Assembly: GCA_964590075.1 (NCBI GenBank)
Contig: CAZPXS010000005.1
Span: forward strand, 111,114 to 175,113
From: an uncultured Aquificales bacterium
GTDB lineage: Bacteria > Thermosulfidibacterota > Thermosulfidibacteria > Thermosulfidibacterales > Thermosulfidibacteraceae
Length of the DNA: 64,000 nucleotides
Reading direction: 5' to 3'
The notes below the pieces were generated by a model. The model did no database searches and was not told the DNA's origin. It saw only the letters and a list, made by a program, of their open reading frames with translations. A program made the translations under genes and the position numbers. This document shows, piece by piece, positions 30,018 to 41,045 of the stretch (within the stretch, counting starts at the first letter, position 1; every line of letters begins with the position of its first letter).

Positions 30018-32645
30018 ATGACGATAATTTTAACTCACGATAACACGGATTTCGATGCCCTTGCCTGTCTCATCGTAGCTAAAAAACTCTATAAGGATGC
30101 CGTAGCCGTAATACCCAATTCCCCCGAAAAAAACGTGAAAGAGTTCATAGAGAGAATGAATCTTGAACCTGCTCTCGTTCCTATAGGTAAGATAGACTTT
30201 AGAAAGGTAGAGAAGGTGGTACTTGTGGATTTTAAGAGATCCGATAGAAGCCATGCTTTCGAAAAATTGGTACAGGAAGGAGTTAGCCCTGAGATCCATA
30301 TCATTGATCATCATTCTCCTCACGAGAGGGATGTAAAGGGTGATATCACTATAATCGACGAGGTAGGAGCCTGCTCAACCCTTATGTTTGAGATAATAGA
30401 GAAAGAAGGGATTGAGCTTGATCAACTTGAGCTATCACTTCTTCTACTGGGAATATATGAGGATACAGGATTTTTCACCTTCTCTTCCACCACCTCTAGA
30501 GACCTGATAGCTGGAGCTAAACTTCTAAGTAAAGGGGCCGACTTATCGTTAGTTTCAGAGTTTCTAAAGAGGGAACTTACTCCCATACAACTTGATATTC
30601 TTAACGAGATGGTAAAAAACGCCTACACCATAAGGGTGGGAGGAGTTGAGGTTGTTATTACGGAATTTAGTAGAGATGAATATATTCCCGATATTGCAGT
30701 TCTAACCCATAAGGTTAAGGAGATTCTGGGAGCCTCGGTTCTCTTCGTTATAGCAAGGCTCGGTGATAGACTCTCCATAATAGCAAGGAGCGACGTTGAC
30801 AAAATCGATGTAGGTAAGATCCTATCAAATTTTGGAGGTGGTGGTCACAAATACGCTGCAAGTTGCACGGTAAAGGATCTTACACCGATTCAGGTTAGGG
30901 AAAGACTTGTGGAAATAGTATCCAACTCTCTCGCGAGAAAACTCACAGCTAAGGATATAATGACGGTGCCTCCTATAATAGTCTTCCCTCATGCCACTTT
31001 GAAAGAGGCGGAGGAGATACTCCTAAAGTTCAACATAAACGCGTTACCTGTTGTTAGTGATAGAGATGGGAAGGTTTTGGGTATAATTACGAGACAGATC
31101 GTGGAGAGAGCTTTATACCATGGTTTAGCTGAATCAAAGGTAGAGGATTACATGATAACCTCGATGGCCATCGCTAGCGAGGATACACCGATCGATAAAC
31201 TCGAGGAGATGATGTTGACGAAACTACAGAGAATAATACCTGTTGTTGATGACTCTGGAGTTCTGGTAGGAGTCGTAACAAGGGGAGAACTTCTAAAAGC
31301 GGTTTACGAGGAAACCTACAGGGAAACCTATAAAAGGGAAGCAGGCCTATTTAGAAAAAATGTTTACAGTCTCTTCCGAGAGAGGGTACCGAAGAGGATA
31401 CTCGATATAATAGAGACGGCAAGGGAGGTTGGTGAATCCTTAGGTCTAAATGTGTATGTTGTTGGCGGTTTTGTTAGGGATCTCATACTTAAGGTAGAAA
31501 ATTATGATCTTGATTTTGTTGTTGAAGGGGATGGAGTAACCTTTGCCAAGGTTTTTGCAGAAAGACTCAACTGTAGGGTAAGTATTCACGAGAAGTTTGA
31601 AACGGCGGTTGTTATATTCCCCGACGGCTACAGGGTGGACGTTTCAACAGCGAGGATGGAGTATTACGAGTCACCGGCAAGTCTACCTAAGGTGGTGAGA
31701 GGTTCGATTAAACGAGATCTCTATAGGAGAGATTTCACCATAAATGCTATGGCGGTAAAGGTTACGGGAGAGGATGCCTATACCCTTTTTGACTACTACG
31801 GAGGCATGAGGGATATAAAGGATAGGCTTATAAACGTTATTCATAATCTTAGCTTTGTTGAAGATCCAACGAGAGCCTTTAGAGCCGTCAGATTTGAACA
31901 GAGATACAACTTCCGAATAGGACCACAGACAGAGAGACTTATAAAAATAGCGATAAAGGAAGGTATATTTGAGAGGTTAAGTGGTAAAAGGATATTCAAC
32001 GAATTAAAACATATGCTTTCGGAGAAGAATGCTTTAAAAATGATCAAAAGGATGGAGGAACTCGGCATTCTAAGATACATTCATCCTAAGTTGAAATGTG
32101 ACATAGAGATGGAGAGAGCTTTTGAGAGTGTGAGGGAGGTGATAGCCTGGTATGAGTTACTGTTTAAGAGGGAACAACCCGAGGCATGGCTTGTGAACAT
32201 GATGGCTCTTCTATTCAGATTAGACGTGAAGGAGATAGAGAGTATAGCGCTATGGTTTAACCTTTCGAGAGAGGAAAGGGAAGCTCTCTTATTAGGTATT
32301 ACAAAATTTAAAGAGGTATTGTCTAAATTGACCACTACCAACGATAGGGTCGAGATATACTGGCTATTGAAGCCCTATCCTCTTGAAGCTCTTCTCTTCT
32401 TTCTTGCCATGGCTGAGGATGATGAGGCTAAGCAGAAAATCGGAATTTTTCTCATGGAACTTTTAGATGTTAAGACTGAGATATCAGGTAGGGACATACT
32501 CAATCTTGGGGTAAAGCCTGGACCTATCGTTGGGGCTCTTCTTAAAAAGGTTCTTGAGGCGAGGGTAAGGGGTGAGGTCAAAAGTAGGGATGAAGAGCTA
32601 AACCTTGCAAGTAGATTGGTTAGGGAAATTATAGCTACTACTTAA
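30018..32645 (+). CDS. Multidomain DHH/DHHA1 phosphoesterase - CBS pair - tRNA nucleotidyltransferase/poly(A) polymerase head-domain protein (candidate CCA-adding enzyme)
   Basis: 875 aa. N-terminal DHH motifs (LTHDNTDFDALA; IIDHH), GGGH of DHHA1, two CBS-like segments, then Pol-beta-type nucleotidyltransferase (GGFVRD...DLDF) and an RNA-binding tail. Confidence 0.7.
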   Translation: MTIILTHDNTDFDALACLIVAKKLYKDAVAVIPNSPEKNVKEFIERMNLEPALVPIGKIDFRKVEKVVLVDFKRSDRSHAFEKLVQEGVSPEIHIIDHHSPHERDVKGDITIIDEVGACSTLMFEIIEKEGIELDQLELSLLLLGIYEDTGFFTFSSTTSRDLIAGAKLLSKGADLSLVSEFLKRELTPIQLDILNEMVKNAYTIRVGGVEVVITEFSRDEYIPDIAVLTHKVKEILGASVLFVIARLGDRLSIIARSDVDKIDVGKILSNFGGGGHKYAASCTVKDLTPIQVRERLVEIVSNSLARKLTAKDIMTVPPIIVFPHATLKEAEEILLKFNINALPVVSDRDGKVLGIITRQIVERALYHGLAESKVEDYMITSMAIASEDTPIDKLEEMMLTKLQRIIPVVDDSGVLVGVVTRGELLKAVYEETYRETYKREAGLFRKNVYSLFRERVPKRILDIIETAREVGESLGLNVYVVGGFVRDLILKVENYDLDFVVEGDGVTFAKVFAERLNCRVSIHEKFETAVVIFPDGYRVDVSTARMEYYESPASLPKVVRGSIKRDLYRRDFTINAMAVKVTGEDAYTLFDYYGGMRDIKDRLINVIHNLSFVEDPTRAFRAVRFEQRYNFRIGPQTERLIKIAIKEGIFERLSGKRIFNELKHMLSEKNALKMIKRMEELGILRYIHPKLKCDIEMERAFESVREVIAWYELLFKREQPEAWLVNMMALLFRLDVKEIESIALWFNLSREEREALLLGITKFKEVLSKLTTTNDRVEIYWLLKPYPLEALLFFLAMAEDDEAKQKIGIFLMELLDVKTEISGRDILNLGVKPGPIVGALLKKVLEARVRGEVKSRDEELNLASRLVREIIATT

Positions 32646-32656
32646 GAGAGGCCAAA

Positions 32657-33979
32657 GTGAAATTTATAATCCATCTACATTTCTATCAGCCTCCAAGGTA
32701 CGATCCGAAAAGTGGTAATTACTACGTGGAGGAAAGTGCTTATCCCTTTAAGAACTGGAACGAAAGGATATCGGCGGAATGTTACAAACCTATCATACCA
32801 ATGTTACCCTATGTTAGCTACAATTTTGGTCCTACCCTGATCGAATGGATGAAGAAGGAAAAGCCAGAGCTATTTAAGAGTGTAGTTGAAATCACAAGAA
32901 GGGTAAAGGGTGCTATCTTTCAGCCCTACTATCATATAATAATGCCGCTTGCAGATAATTTCATGAAGGAGGTTAACTTTGTCTGGGGTATCAGGTATTT
33001 TAAAAGAATCTTTGGTTTTTCTCCTATAGGTTGCTGGCTTCCCGAGTGTGCGGTCGATACCGCAACTCTCAAGATTATGAGGAAGGAGGGTGTAAGATTC
33101 ACCATACTAGGGGAGGATCAGGTTAGGGGAAGTAGGGGTAGTGGCCTATATAGGGTAAGGGGTATCGATGGCCTCTATGTCTTTGTCTTTGATAGACCCG
33201 TTTCCGGGACCATAGCTTTCGGGGATGAGAGATTCTATAGGAAGGATCTGGTTAACTATATCGGGAAAGAAATAAGGAGAAAGGGAATAGTTATTTCTGC
33301 GACCGATGGTGAAACATTCGGACATCATAAAAAGGAAGGTATTAGGGCACTAAAGAAGCTTTTTAGGGCAGATTTACTCGGATTTTCCTTAAACGATGCC
33401 TTTAAGTTAGATTTGGTAAAAGGGGAAGTGGAGGTTATCGATAATACATCCTGGAGTTGTCCACACGGTTTGGTAAGGTGGTATGATCACTGCGGTTGTT
33501 CCACCGGTACCCATCCCGGTTGGAACCAGAGGTGGAGAAGACCCTTGAGGGAAGCCATGAATTGGTTAACCGATAAGGTCTATAGGTTTATGTTCCCATT
33601 TTTTGAGGAGTTGAACCTCGATTATAGAAGTCTCATTTTGTCCTATGTTGATTACATGAGCTACCCCGAGTGGGTTGTTTACGGTTGGTTGGGTGATTTT
33701 ACTAAGATAAAGGATGATAAGCTTTTGAGGAGGATAAAACTGTTTCTCGATTGTTATAGGTTCTGTATCGCCATGTACACATCCTGTGGTTGGTTCTTCG
33801 ATGATCCGACGGGTCCAGAAACACAGATAGTTCTAAGATTTGCAAAAAGGGTTGTGGAGATTCTGGAAGAAATCACAGGTTACCATATAGAGGAAGGCTT
33901 TCTCGATAGGTTGGCTAACGCAAAAAGCAACGTCCCCCTCTTTGGGACGGCAAGAGAAGTTTACAGAAGACTCAATTAA
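32657..33979 (+). CDS. Glycoside hydrolase family 57 protein (alpha-glucan-active enzyme)
   Basis: 440 aa. The N-terminal HLHFYQPPR motif and overall pattern are typical of GH57. Confidence 0.65.
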   Translation: MKFIIHLHFYQPPRYDPKSGNYYVEESAYPFKNWNERISAECYKPIIPMLPYVSYNFGPTLIEWMKKEKPELFKSVVEITRRVKGAIFQPYYHIIMPLADNFMKEVNFVWGIRYFKRIFGFSPIGCWLPECAVDTATLKIMRKEGVRFTILGEDQVRGSRGSGLYRVRGIDGLYVFVFDRPVSGTIAFGDERFYRKDLVNYIGKEIRRKGIVISATDGETFGHHKKEGIRALKKLFRADLLGFSLNDAFKLDLVKGEVEVIDNTSWSCPHGLVRWYDHCGCSTGTHPGWNQRWRRPLREAMNWLTDKVYRFMFPFFEELNLDYRSLILSYVDYMSYPEWVVYGWLGDFTKIKDDKLLRRIKLFLDCYRFCIAMYTSCGWFFDDPTGPETQIVLRFAKRVVEILEEITGYHIEEGFLDRLANAKSNVPLFGTAREVYRRLN

Positions 33980-34769
33980 AGTGAATCCTGATCTTTCTTG
34001 ATCTCCAATCGGGGAATCTACTAGCTACACTTCCCAGATAAATGAATATCTCAAGCACATCAAAACTACCTATTACAGCCGATAGACCTTTACCTTTTGC
34101 ACTTTCAAAGTTTGGGTATATACCACTTACCTCTACATCCCCAAAGGTTATATTTTTAATATCTCTATCTATGAGCATGCTTTTTTCTATGTTGGTTATG
34201 ATATTTCCGAAGCTATCCGCAAATAGAGCCACACCTTCAATATAGTCTTCTCCTACGGTTACCTCTGGAATACTGATATCAACTATCTCCCTTCTTTCTA
34301 TAGGTTTTGCCACAGAGATTATAGGTAGTCCAAGTGATAAGAAGGCAGAGATAGGAGCAAATATATCCCTACCGTGGAAGGTGCTACTTGTGGGCTTTAA
34401 GTAGTAACTACTATTGTCGATATAATATATCCTGTCTCCTTCCTCAAAGATGTTTGAAAGGAGGCCGTTATCGGGAGCCAAAAATATATAGTCTTGTTTT
34501 AACTTATAAAGAATCAGTATTCTTCTTGAGGTTCCAACCTGTGGATCTACAACAGAGACGAATATGGTACCGCTGGGGAAAAATCTGTAGGACCTTTTTA
34601 GGATAAAAGAGGCCTCGATAACATTTCCCGCCTCTATCTCGTGGGTTAGATCTATCAAGGTAACGTCTCTATTGATACTTAAAATAACACCTTTCATTAT
34701 TCCAACAAAACAACTGTTACCAAAATCGGTAAGAAGTGTAATTATTCTCTTTACCTCTCTATCCTCCAT
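33972..34769 (-). CDS. S-adenosyl-L-methionine hydroxide adenosyltransferase (DUF62, fluorinase/chlorinase-like family)
   Basis: 265 aa. Conserved LTDFG and APDNGLL motifs. Overlaps the GH57 gene convergently. Confidence 0.7.
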   Translation of the reverse strand: MEDREVKRIITLLTDFGNSCFVGIMKGVILSINRDVTLIDLTHEIEAGNVIEASFILKRSYRFFPSGTIFVSVVDPQVGTSRRILILYKLKQDYIFLAPDNGLLSNIFEEGDRIYYIDNSSYYLKPTSSTFHGRDIFAPISAFLSLGLPIISVAKPIERREIVDISIPEVTVGEDYIEGVALFADSFGNIITNIEKSMLIDRDIKNITFGDVEVSGIYPNFESAKGKGLSAVIGSFDVLEIFIYLGSVASRFPDWRSRKIRIHFN

Positions 34770-36196
34770 GACGTTGTACCATCCGGCTTATCCTCAAGCA
34801 CTATACCTTTGCTCTTAAGATAATCTCTGATTTCATCGGCCCTTTTGAAGTTTTTCTCCTTTCTCGCTACCCTCCTTTCCTCAACCAGTTTCTCTATCTC
34901 TTCAACGGGAAGAGGTAAACCTTCGCTACTCATTTTGAACCATCTATCAGGTTCCTCTAAAAGTATTCCAAACACATCGTTTATGTCATTTATGAATTCC
35001 CTCATTATCCTGGATATCGATATTTTTTGAGATTTTGATAGTCCTCCGTGCTCTATGAGCCTATTGTAATCCCTTACGGCTTCGAAAAATTTTGCAAGGG
35101 CTATAGCGGTGTTAAAATCATCATCCATGGCACTATAGAAACCTTCCCTGTATTCATTAAACTTTTGCTCAATATCCTTACTGATACCTGACTCTTGATC
35201 GTAGGAGTCTTTTAGGATTTCCCCTATCCTTTCCTTTGTTCTATAGAGTTTATCAAGTGCTTCCTTCTCCGCTTCGATCTTTTCGTAGCTAAAGTCAAAG
35301 GGACTTCTATAGTGCACTCTCAGAAAGGCGAGTTTTAAAGCATCCGGATGGTAGCTGTTTAGTATATCCCTTATAAGAATTATGTTACCAAGGGACTTAC
35401 TCATCTTCTCTCCCTTTATATTTACAAAACCGTTGTGTAACCAGTATCTTACGAAAGGCTTACCCGTTGCTGATTCGCTCTGGGCTATCTCGTTTTCATG
35501 GTGTGGAAATATCAGATCCATACCCCCACCATGGATGTCGAAGGTTTCTCCGAGATACTTCATACTCATGGCGGAACATTCTATATGCCATCCCGGTCTT
35601 CCCTTACCCCATGGTGATTCCCAGTATGGTTCTCCGGGCTTTGATGATTTCCATAGGGCAAAATCAAGTGGATTCTTTTTTCTCTCATCCACTTCGATTC
35701 TTGCACCCGCTAACAATTCCTCCTTCTTTCTACCCGATAGTTTCCCATAATCCTTGAACTTATCTACCTCAAAGTATACATCTCCATCTACAACATAGGC
35801 GTAACCCTTATCCACGAGGATATTCACAAGATCGATTATCTCCTTTATGTGCTCTGTAGCCTTGGGTTCATAGGTTGGTTTTATAAGGTTGAGTTTTTCA
35901 GTATCCTCGTAGTAAGCCAGTATGTACTTTTCGGCTATCTCTTTCCAGCTTTTATTTTCTCTGTTAGCCATATTTATTATCTTATCGTCTATATCTGTAA
36001 AGTTTCTAACGAACTTTACCTTATAGCCCTTCTTCATAAGGTATCTTACTATTACGTCGAATACCACGAGGTTTCTCGCATGACCTATATGGCAATAATC
36101 GTAAACAGTTACTCCGCAGGTGTATATTCCTATCTCTCCATCTCTTAGAGGTATAAGATCCTCTTTTTTAAAACCCATTGTGTTTGTCACCAACAT
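34751..36196 (-). CDS. cysS: Cysteinyl-tRNA synthetase
   Basis: 481 aa. HIGH motif (CHIGHARN), KMSKS motif (KMSKS), zinc-binding Cys. AAGGAGGAG RBS. Confidence 0.9.
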   Translation of the reverse strand: MLVTNTMGFKKEDLIPLRDGEIGIYTCGVTVYDYCHIGHARNLVVFDVIVRYLMKKGYKVKFVRNFTDIDDKIINMANRENKSWKEIAEKYILAYYEDTEKLNLIKPTYEPKATEHIKEIIDLVNILVDKGYAYVVDGDVYFEVDKFKDYGKLSGRKKEELLAGARIEVDERKKNPLDFALWKSSKPGEPYWESPWGKGRPGWHIECSAMSMKYLGETFDIHGGGMDLIFPHHENEIAQSESATGKPFVRYWLHNGFVNIKGEKMSKSLGNIILIRDILNSYHPDALKLAFLRVHYRSPFDFSYEKIEAEKEALDKLYRTKERIGEILKDSYDQESGISKDIEQKFNEYREGFYSAMDDDFNTAIALAKFFEAVRDYNRLIEHGGLSKSQKISISRIMREFINDINDVFGILLEEPDRWFKMSSEGLPLPVEEIEKLVEERRVARKEKNFKRADEIRDYLKSKGIVLEDKPDGTTSWRIER

Positions 36197-37247
36197 GACT
36201 AAACTCCTCCTTGATCTTTAGTATATCTTCAAGGCTCTCCATAAAAGCATCGGTAATGGCAGGATCGAATTGTTTCCCCGAATTTTCCTTTATAATCCTT
36301 ATTACTTCCCAGGTATCCATGGCTTTTCTGTAAACTCTATCTGAGGTACAGGCATCGAAAAAGTCCACAATTGCCACGATTCTTGCCTCAAGTGGTATCT
36401 CCTCGCCTCTAATACCAAAGGGATAGCCTGTACCATCCCATCTCTCGTGATGGTATAGTGCTATGTTTGCAGCACATACCAACAGAGGATGTTCGGAACC
36501 ACTTAGTATATCATAGCCAATAAGAGTGTGTTTCTTTATAATCTCGAATTCTTCCTCCGTTAATTTACCAGGTTTTAGCAAGATGTTGTCAGGGATTCCT
36601 ATCTTACCTATATCATGCATGGGTGAGGCTAACCCGATCAATCTACACCTTTCTCTGTTTAATCCAAGGGTTTCGGCTATCTTTCTTGACATTATACCTA
36701 CTCTCTTTGTATGCCATCCTGTATCGTCGTCTCTGTATTCTGCCGCTTTACCCAATCTATGGATAACCTCTTCGTGTACAGCCTCGAGTTTATTTATGGC
36801 TTCCTTTAGGATTTTTGTTCTCTTTTCCACCTCCTCCTCGAGTAACCTATTATAGCTATCCATAAGTTCATAATAGTTCTTAACCTTTATGGAGTTGGTT
36901 AGTCTTATGATAAGGTCTTCTCTATCATAAGGTTTGGTTATAAAATCGTGTGCTCCCTTTTCGAAGGCTATTTTCTTTGTTTCGCTATCTTCTAAAGCTG
37001 TAACGACTATAACGGGTGTTCTATTTAGATCGTACTTTTCGGATAGTCTTTCCAATACCTCAATACCACTCATTTCTGGCATTATGATATCTAATATAAC
37101 CACATCAGGTTTTTCCCTTTCATATAATTCTATAGCTTCCTTTCCACTAGTTGCGGCTATAACCTCGTAACCATAGAGTCTAAGGATTCCAGAGAGGGTT
37201 ATAATATTTATATCCTCATCGTCAACCACCAAAACCTTTCCTTTCAT
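36168..37247 (-). CDS. Response regulator with HD-GYP c-di-GMP phosphodiesterase output domain
   Basis: CheY-like receiver (VLVVDDE ... D of ILDIIMP) plus HD-GYP ([11 protein letters not shown]). ATG at 37247 with TAGGAGGG RBS; the ORF track extends it to 37277. Confidence 0.8.
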   Translation of the reverse strand: MKGKVLVVDDEDINIITLSGILRLYGYEVIAATSGKEAIELYEREKPDVVILDIIMPEMSGIEVLERLSEKYDLNRTPVIVVTALEDSETKKIAFEKGAHDFITKPYDREDLIIRLTNSIKVKNYYELMDSYNRLLEEEVEKRTKILKEAINKLEAVHEEVIHRLGKAAEYRDDDTGWHTKRVGIMSRKIAETLGLNRERCRLIGLASPMHDIGKIGIPDNILLKPGKLTEEEFEIIKKHTLIGYDILSGSEHPLLVCAANIALYHHERWDGTGYPFGIRGEEIPLEARIVAIVDFFDACTSDRVYRKAMDTWEVIRIIKENSGKQFDPAITDAFMESLEDILKIKEEFSHVGDKHNGF

Positions 37248-37329
37248 TTTCCCTCCTAACCTGATATTATAATACAAACTAAACTATAAAACAAACTAAA
37301 CATAATACAATCTTGGTGGAGGGGTAAAG

Positions 37330-37731
37330 ATGTACCATAAAATATCCTTGAGATCAACGAAGCGCGAAGAACTGATAGATATTACGGGGGATGTTAGAAA
37401 GGTGGTAAGGGCAAGTGGTGTTAAAAACGGTGTGTGTTATCTCTACGTACCTCACACAACGGCAGGTATAATAATAAATGAAAATGCCGATCCATCGGTT
37501 AAGGAGGATATTGAAGCGGTATTGAGTAAACTTGTACCTAGATCCGCAAGTTACAGACATCTGGAAGGAAATGCCGATAGTCACATCAAATCTTCTATAG
37601 TTGGTAACACTATCTTTGTTTTTGTGGAGGATGGTGATATAGTTCTCGGTACCTGGCAGGGTATATTTTTTGCGGAGTTTGACGGTCCAAGAACGAGAAA
37701 TGTCTTGGTTAAGATTGTCAGGGAGGGTTGA
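37330..37731 (+). CDS. yjbQ: YjbQ/UPF0047 family protein (secondary thiamine-phosphate synthase-like)
   Basis: 133 aa with the family motifs [11 protein letters not shown] and GTWQGIF. GGAGGGG RBS. Confidence 0.75.
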   Translation: MYHKISLRSTKREELIDITGDVRKVVRASGVKNGVCYLYVPHTTAGIIINENADPSVKEDIEAVLSKLVPRSASYRHLEGNADSHIKSSIVGNTIFVFVEDGDIVLGTWQGIFFAEFDGPRTRNVLVKIVREG

Positions 37732-37736
37732 TCATT

Positions 37737-38510
37737 ATGGATAATAAACATCCCTTTGAAAGGCTTGTATGGATAATGAAGGAACTGAGGTCGAAATGTC
37801 CCTGGGATAGGGTTCAGACGAGGGAATCCCTAAAACCCTACATAATAGAGGAAGCTTACGAGGTCGTATCCGCGATTGAGGATAACGATCCTTCCAAGTT
37901 AAGGGAAGAGCTGGGGGATCTACTGTTACAGATAGTGTTTCAGGCAGAGATAGCGAGTGAAAGGGAGGAATTCGATATATACGATGTGATAGAATTTCTG
38001 TGTGATAAATTAATAAGAAGGCACCCCCATGTTTTCGGTAATCTGAAGGTTGAGGATAAGGAGAGGGTACTCGAAAATTGGGAGAAGATAAAGGCTAAGG
38101 AGAAAAGGGAAAAAGAGAGTGTTTTAGACGGTGTCCCCGACAATTTGCCCTCTTTACTTGCTGCCTATAGGCTTCAGGAGAAGGCTTCGCGCCTTGGTTT
38201 TGATTGGTCCAGAATAGAAGATGTATGGAGGAAGGTGGGTGAGGAGCTCGATGAACTAAGGGAAGCGATGGAGAAGGAGGATAAGGAGGAGATAGAGGCC
38301 GAGTTGGGAGACCTATTATTTGCAATAGCTAACCTCGCAAGATTCCTGGATGTGGACCCCGAAGGTGCTTTGAGAAAGTGTAATAGGAGATTCAAGGAGA
38401 GGTTCAAATATATAGAGAGGAGCTTAAAGGAGAGAGGATTAAAGTGGGAGGATGTTGATCTTGAATATCTGGATAAATTGTGGGAGGAGGCAAAGAGAAA
38501 AGGACTGTAA
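37737..38510 (+). CDS. mazG: Nucleoside triphosphate pyrophosphohydrolase MazG
   Basis: Tandem MazG domains (CPWDRVQT ... [12 protein letters not shown]; second copy [14 protein letters not shown]). Confidence 0.8.
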   Translation: MDNKHPFERLVWIMKELRSKCPWDRVQTRESLKPYIIEEAYEVVSAIEDNDPSKLREELGDLLLQIVFQAEIASEREEFDIYDVIEFLCDKLIRRHPHVFGNLKVEDKERVLENWEKIKAKEKREKESVLDGVPDNLPSLLAAYRLQEKASRLGFDWSRIEDVWRKVGEELDELREAMEKEDKEEIEAELGDLLFAIANLARFLDVDPEGALRKCNRRFKERFKYIERSLKERGLKWEDVDLEYLDKLWEEAKRKGL

Positions 38511-38513
38511 TTT

Positions 38514-39752
38514 ATGATCAGGAAAAGGCTGGTAATCTTTGTCGCCCTTTTAAATTTCGCGATACTATGTGTAATTGGTTTGTTAACTTATATAAGGTAT
38601 GATCTTGTTGTTAAAAGAGCACTGAGGTTACAGGCTATCGGTTTTATGATACCCTTAAAGAGCTTGGTGAAAAATATGGATCCTAGTCTATTAAGCAGAA
38701 ATCCAAATCTATTCTACGACATGCTACTAGATGAAAGGTGGGAAGGGCTGGCGTACGTTGCACTCCTTGATGAAAGGGGAAGATTCGTTGTCCATTCAAA
38801 CCTTCGTCTTATAGGAAAGTTCAGCCATTCCTTTGAAAACACAAAAAACTTTCCTTTGGAAAGGATAAGAAGGCTAAAAACTGGCTACGAAGTGTATGAG
38901 TACGATGATATGGTCAAGGTAGGGAATAGAAATTATATACTGAGAGTGGTTTTATTTACAGATCCAGTTAAAAGTAGTTTCTACGTTGTCAAAGTGATAT
39001 CATTTGTTTCATTCTTGCTTGCATTTAGTATGTTGCCAATAGGTTATGGTTTTTATTATGTTTTGAAAAGGGAAGAAAAGATAAGATCAAAGCTCGATGA
39101 ATTAGAAAAAATAGCTTTTATATCAAAAATTTTTGCTCATGAGATTAGAAATCCTCTTGCTACGATAAAGGGATTTGTGGAATTTTTAATGGAAAAATTA
39201 GAAAGTAATATATATATTGAGTATTTATACGTTATGAAAAGCGAAGTTGAAAAAATAGAAAAATTGATTCAAAAGCTTGTTGCCTTTAGTTATGGTGTAA
39301 ATGCTTCTACAGAGAGTTTTGACCTTGTTGTTTTTCTAAAGGATCTGATAGAGAGGTTTTCTAGAATTTATCCTGATGTAGATTTTAAAATCTATTCTAA
39401 ACGGGATAGTATAGAGGTTAAATATCCGAGAGAGAAGCTCGAGATTGTTATGGAAAACATAATATCCAACGCCGTGGAGGCTTTTGGTGACGATTTTAGG
39501 GGTACTCCTCAGGTTGTAGTTGAAGTTGGTGAAGTCCCTGATTATTATTTAATAAAGGTTGTGGACAATGGAGTTGGTATAGAAGAGGATGTACTTAAAA
39601 AGGTGTTTGATCCCTTTTTCACCACTAAGGAAAAGGGGATGGGATTAGGTCTTGCTATAGTTTACAGGTTCGTTAAGGAGATGGGCGGAAAGATAAGAAT
39701 AGAGAGTGTCAGGGGTAGGGGAACGGAGGTTACCCTATGTCTTCCAAAATAA
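38514..39752 (+). CDS. Sensor histidine kinase (two TM segments flanking a ~130-aa periplasmic domain; ZraS/HydH-like layout)
   Basis: HisKA H-box (FAHEIRNPLATIKGF) and HATPase_c N/G boxes (ISNAVEAF; DNGVGI; GMGLGLAIV). The central coding region is extremely AT-rich. Confidence 0.8.
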   Translation: MIRKRLVIFVALLNFAILCVIGLLTYIRYDLVVKRALRLQAIGFMIPLKSLVKNMDPSLLSRNPNLFYDMLLDERWEGLAYVALLDERGRFVVHSNLRLIGKFSHSFENTKNFPLERIRRLKTGYEVYEYDDMVKVGNRNYILRVVLFTDPVKSSFYVVKVISFVSFLLAFSMLPIGYGFYYVLKREEKIRSKLDELEKIAFISKIFAHEIRNPLATIKGFVEFLMEKLESNIYIEYLYVMKSEVEKIEKLIQKLVAFSYGVNASTESFDLVVFLKDLIERFSRIYPDVDFKIYSKRDSIEVKYPREKLEIVMENIISNAVEAFGDDFRGTPQVVVEVGEVPDYYLIKVVDNGVGIEEDVLKKVFDPFFTTKEKGMGLGLAIVYRFVKEMGGKIRIESVRGRGTEVTLCLPK

Positions 39753-41038
39753 TGGTTGTTGAGGATGATAGATCCTTCGCCTTTTTCCTAAAGACCCTTC
39801 TGGTTGATAGCGGCTTTAACGTTACCGTATTTAACGATCCTAGTGAAGCTTTGAAAAAACTTTTAGTTGAACAACCGAGGTTAGTCCTTGTTGATCTCAA
39901 AATGCCTAAGATGGATGGTTTAACCTTTATTGAGAGGGCAAAGAGTATACTACCCTTTTCGGATTTTATTGTAATTACTGCCTTTGGAAGTATCCCGAGT
40001 GCGGTTGAAGCTATCAAGAAGGGGGCTACCGATTATGTTACAAAGCCTATACCGGATGTGAAGGAGTTTATAGGTAGGATAAGATCGATCGCTGGAAAGA
40101 AGGATTTTTTAGATAGATCTACCAGTGATATACCACCACTTGATGTTGTTTTTGCCGGTATCGAGGATATCTACGAAAGGATAGTTGAGGTTGCCAAAAC
40201 CGACATAACGGTAACTCTCTACGGTGAAACTGGTACTGGTAAAAGCCTGATTGCAAGGATAATTCACAATCTGAGTGGAAGGAAAGGTGAATTCGTTGAT
40301 ATAAACTGCGCCAGTATCCCGGAAACTCTTATGGAGAGTGAACTTTTCGGTTTCAATAAGGGTGCCTTCACTGGAGCTATAAAGGATAAACCGGGGAAGT
40401 TTGAAATTGCGGATGGGGGCACTATATTTTTCGATGAGATCGGTGAGATGAGTTACGCTTTACAGGCCAAGCTTCTCAAGGTTATTCAGGAAAAGAGATT
40501 TGAGAGGATAGGGGGAGTAAAGCCTATGGAGGTTGATGTAAGATTCATATTTGCCACAAACAAAAAATTGGAAGAACTAGTTAGGGAGGGGAAGTTTAGA
40601 GAGGATCTTTACTATAGGATAAATGTTTTTCCCATAAACATACCTCCACTACGGGATAGGAAGGAGCATATACTTAAAATAGCGGGTTACATAGCCGATA
40701 GGGTATTTAGGAAGTTAGGTAGGGAAAAGAAAGAGTTTAGTAATAGATCGATAGATATACTTTTAAATTACAGTTGGCCGGGTAACATTAGGGAACTCGA
40801 GAATGTCATAGAAAGGTCTATACTTATGAGTAAAGGCGATTATATAGAGGTAGAGATCAATGTTACAAACTATAGTCTAAAAGAGGGAAACACCACTGAT
40901 TTAAAGGAGTTGGAGAAAATAGCTATAATAGATGCTCTTAAGAAGAGCGGAGGAAACAAATCAAAGGCATCAAAAATACTAGGTATATCTCTTAGAACGC
41001 TTTATAATAAACTTAAGAAGTACAACCTTGACTATTGA
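39737..41038 (+). CDS. Sigma-54-dependent response regulator (NtrC/ZraR family)
   Basis: Receiver domain, AAA+ sigma-54 activator domain ([12 protein letters not shown]; GAFTGA; EIGEMS), and C-terminal Fis-type HTH ([19 protein letters not shown]). Overlaps the kinase gene by 16 nt. Confidence 0.85.
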   Translation: MSSKIMVVEDDRSFAFFLKTLLVDSGFNVTVFNDPSEALKKLLVEQPRLVLVDLKMPKMDGLTFIERAKSILPFSDFIVITAFGSIPSAVEAIKKGATDYVTKPIPDVKEFIGRIRSIAGKKDFLDRSTSDIPPLDVVFAGIEDIYERIVEVAKTDITVTLYGETGTGKSLIARIIHNLSGRKGEFVDINCASIPETLMESELFGFNKGAFTGAIKDKPGKFEIADGGTIFFDEIGEMSYALQAKLLKVIQEKRFERIGGVKPMEVDVRFIFATNKKLEELVREGKFREDLYYRINVFPINIPPLRDRKEHILKIAGYIADRVFRKLGREKKEFSNRSIDILLNYSWPGNIRELENVIERSILMSKGDYIEVEINVTNYSLKEGNTTDLKELEKIAIIDALKKSGGNKSKASKILGISLRTLYNKLKKYNLDY

Positions 41039-41045
41039 TACTTGA

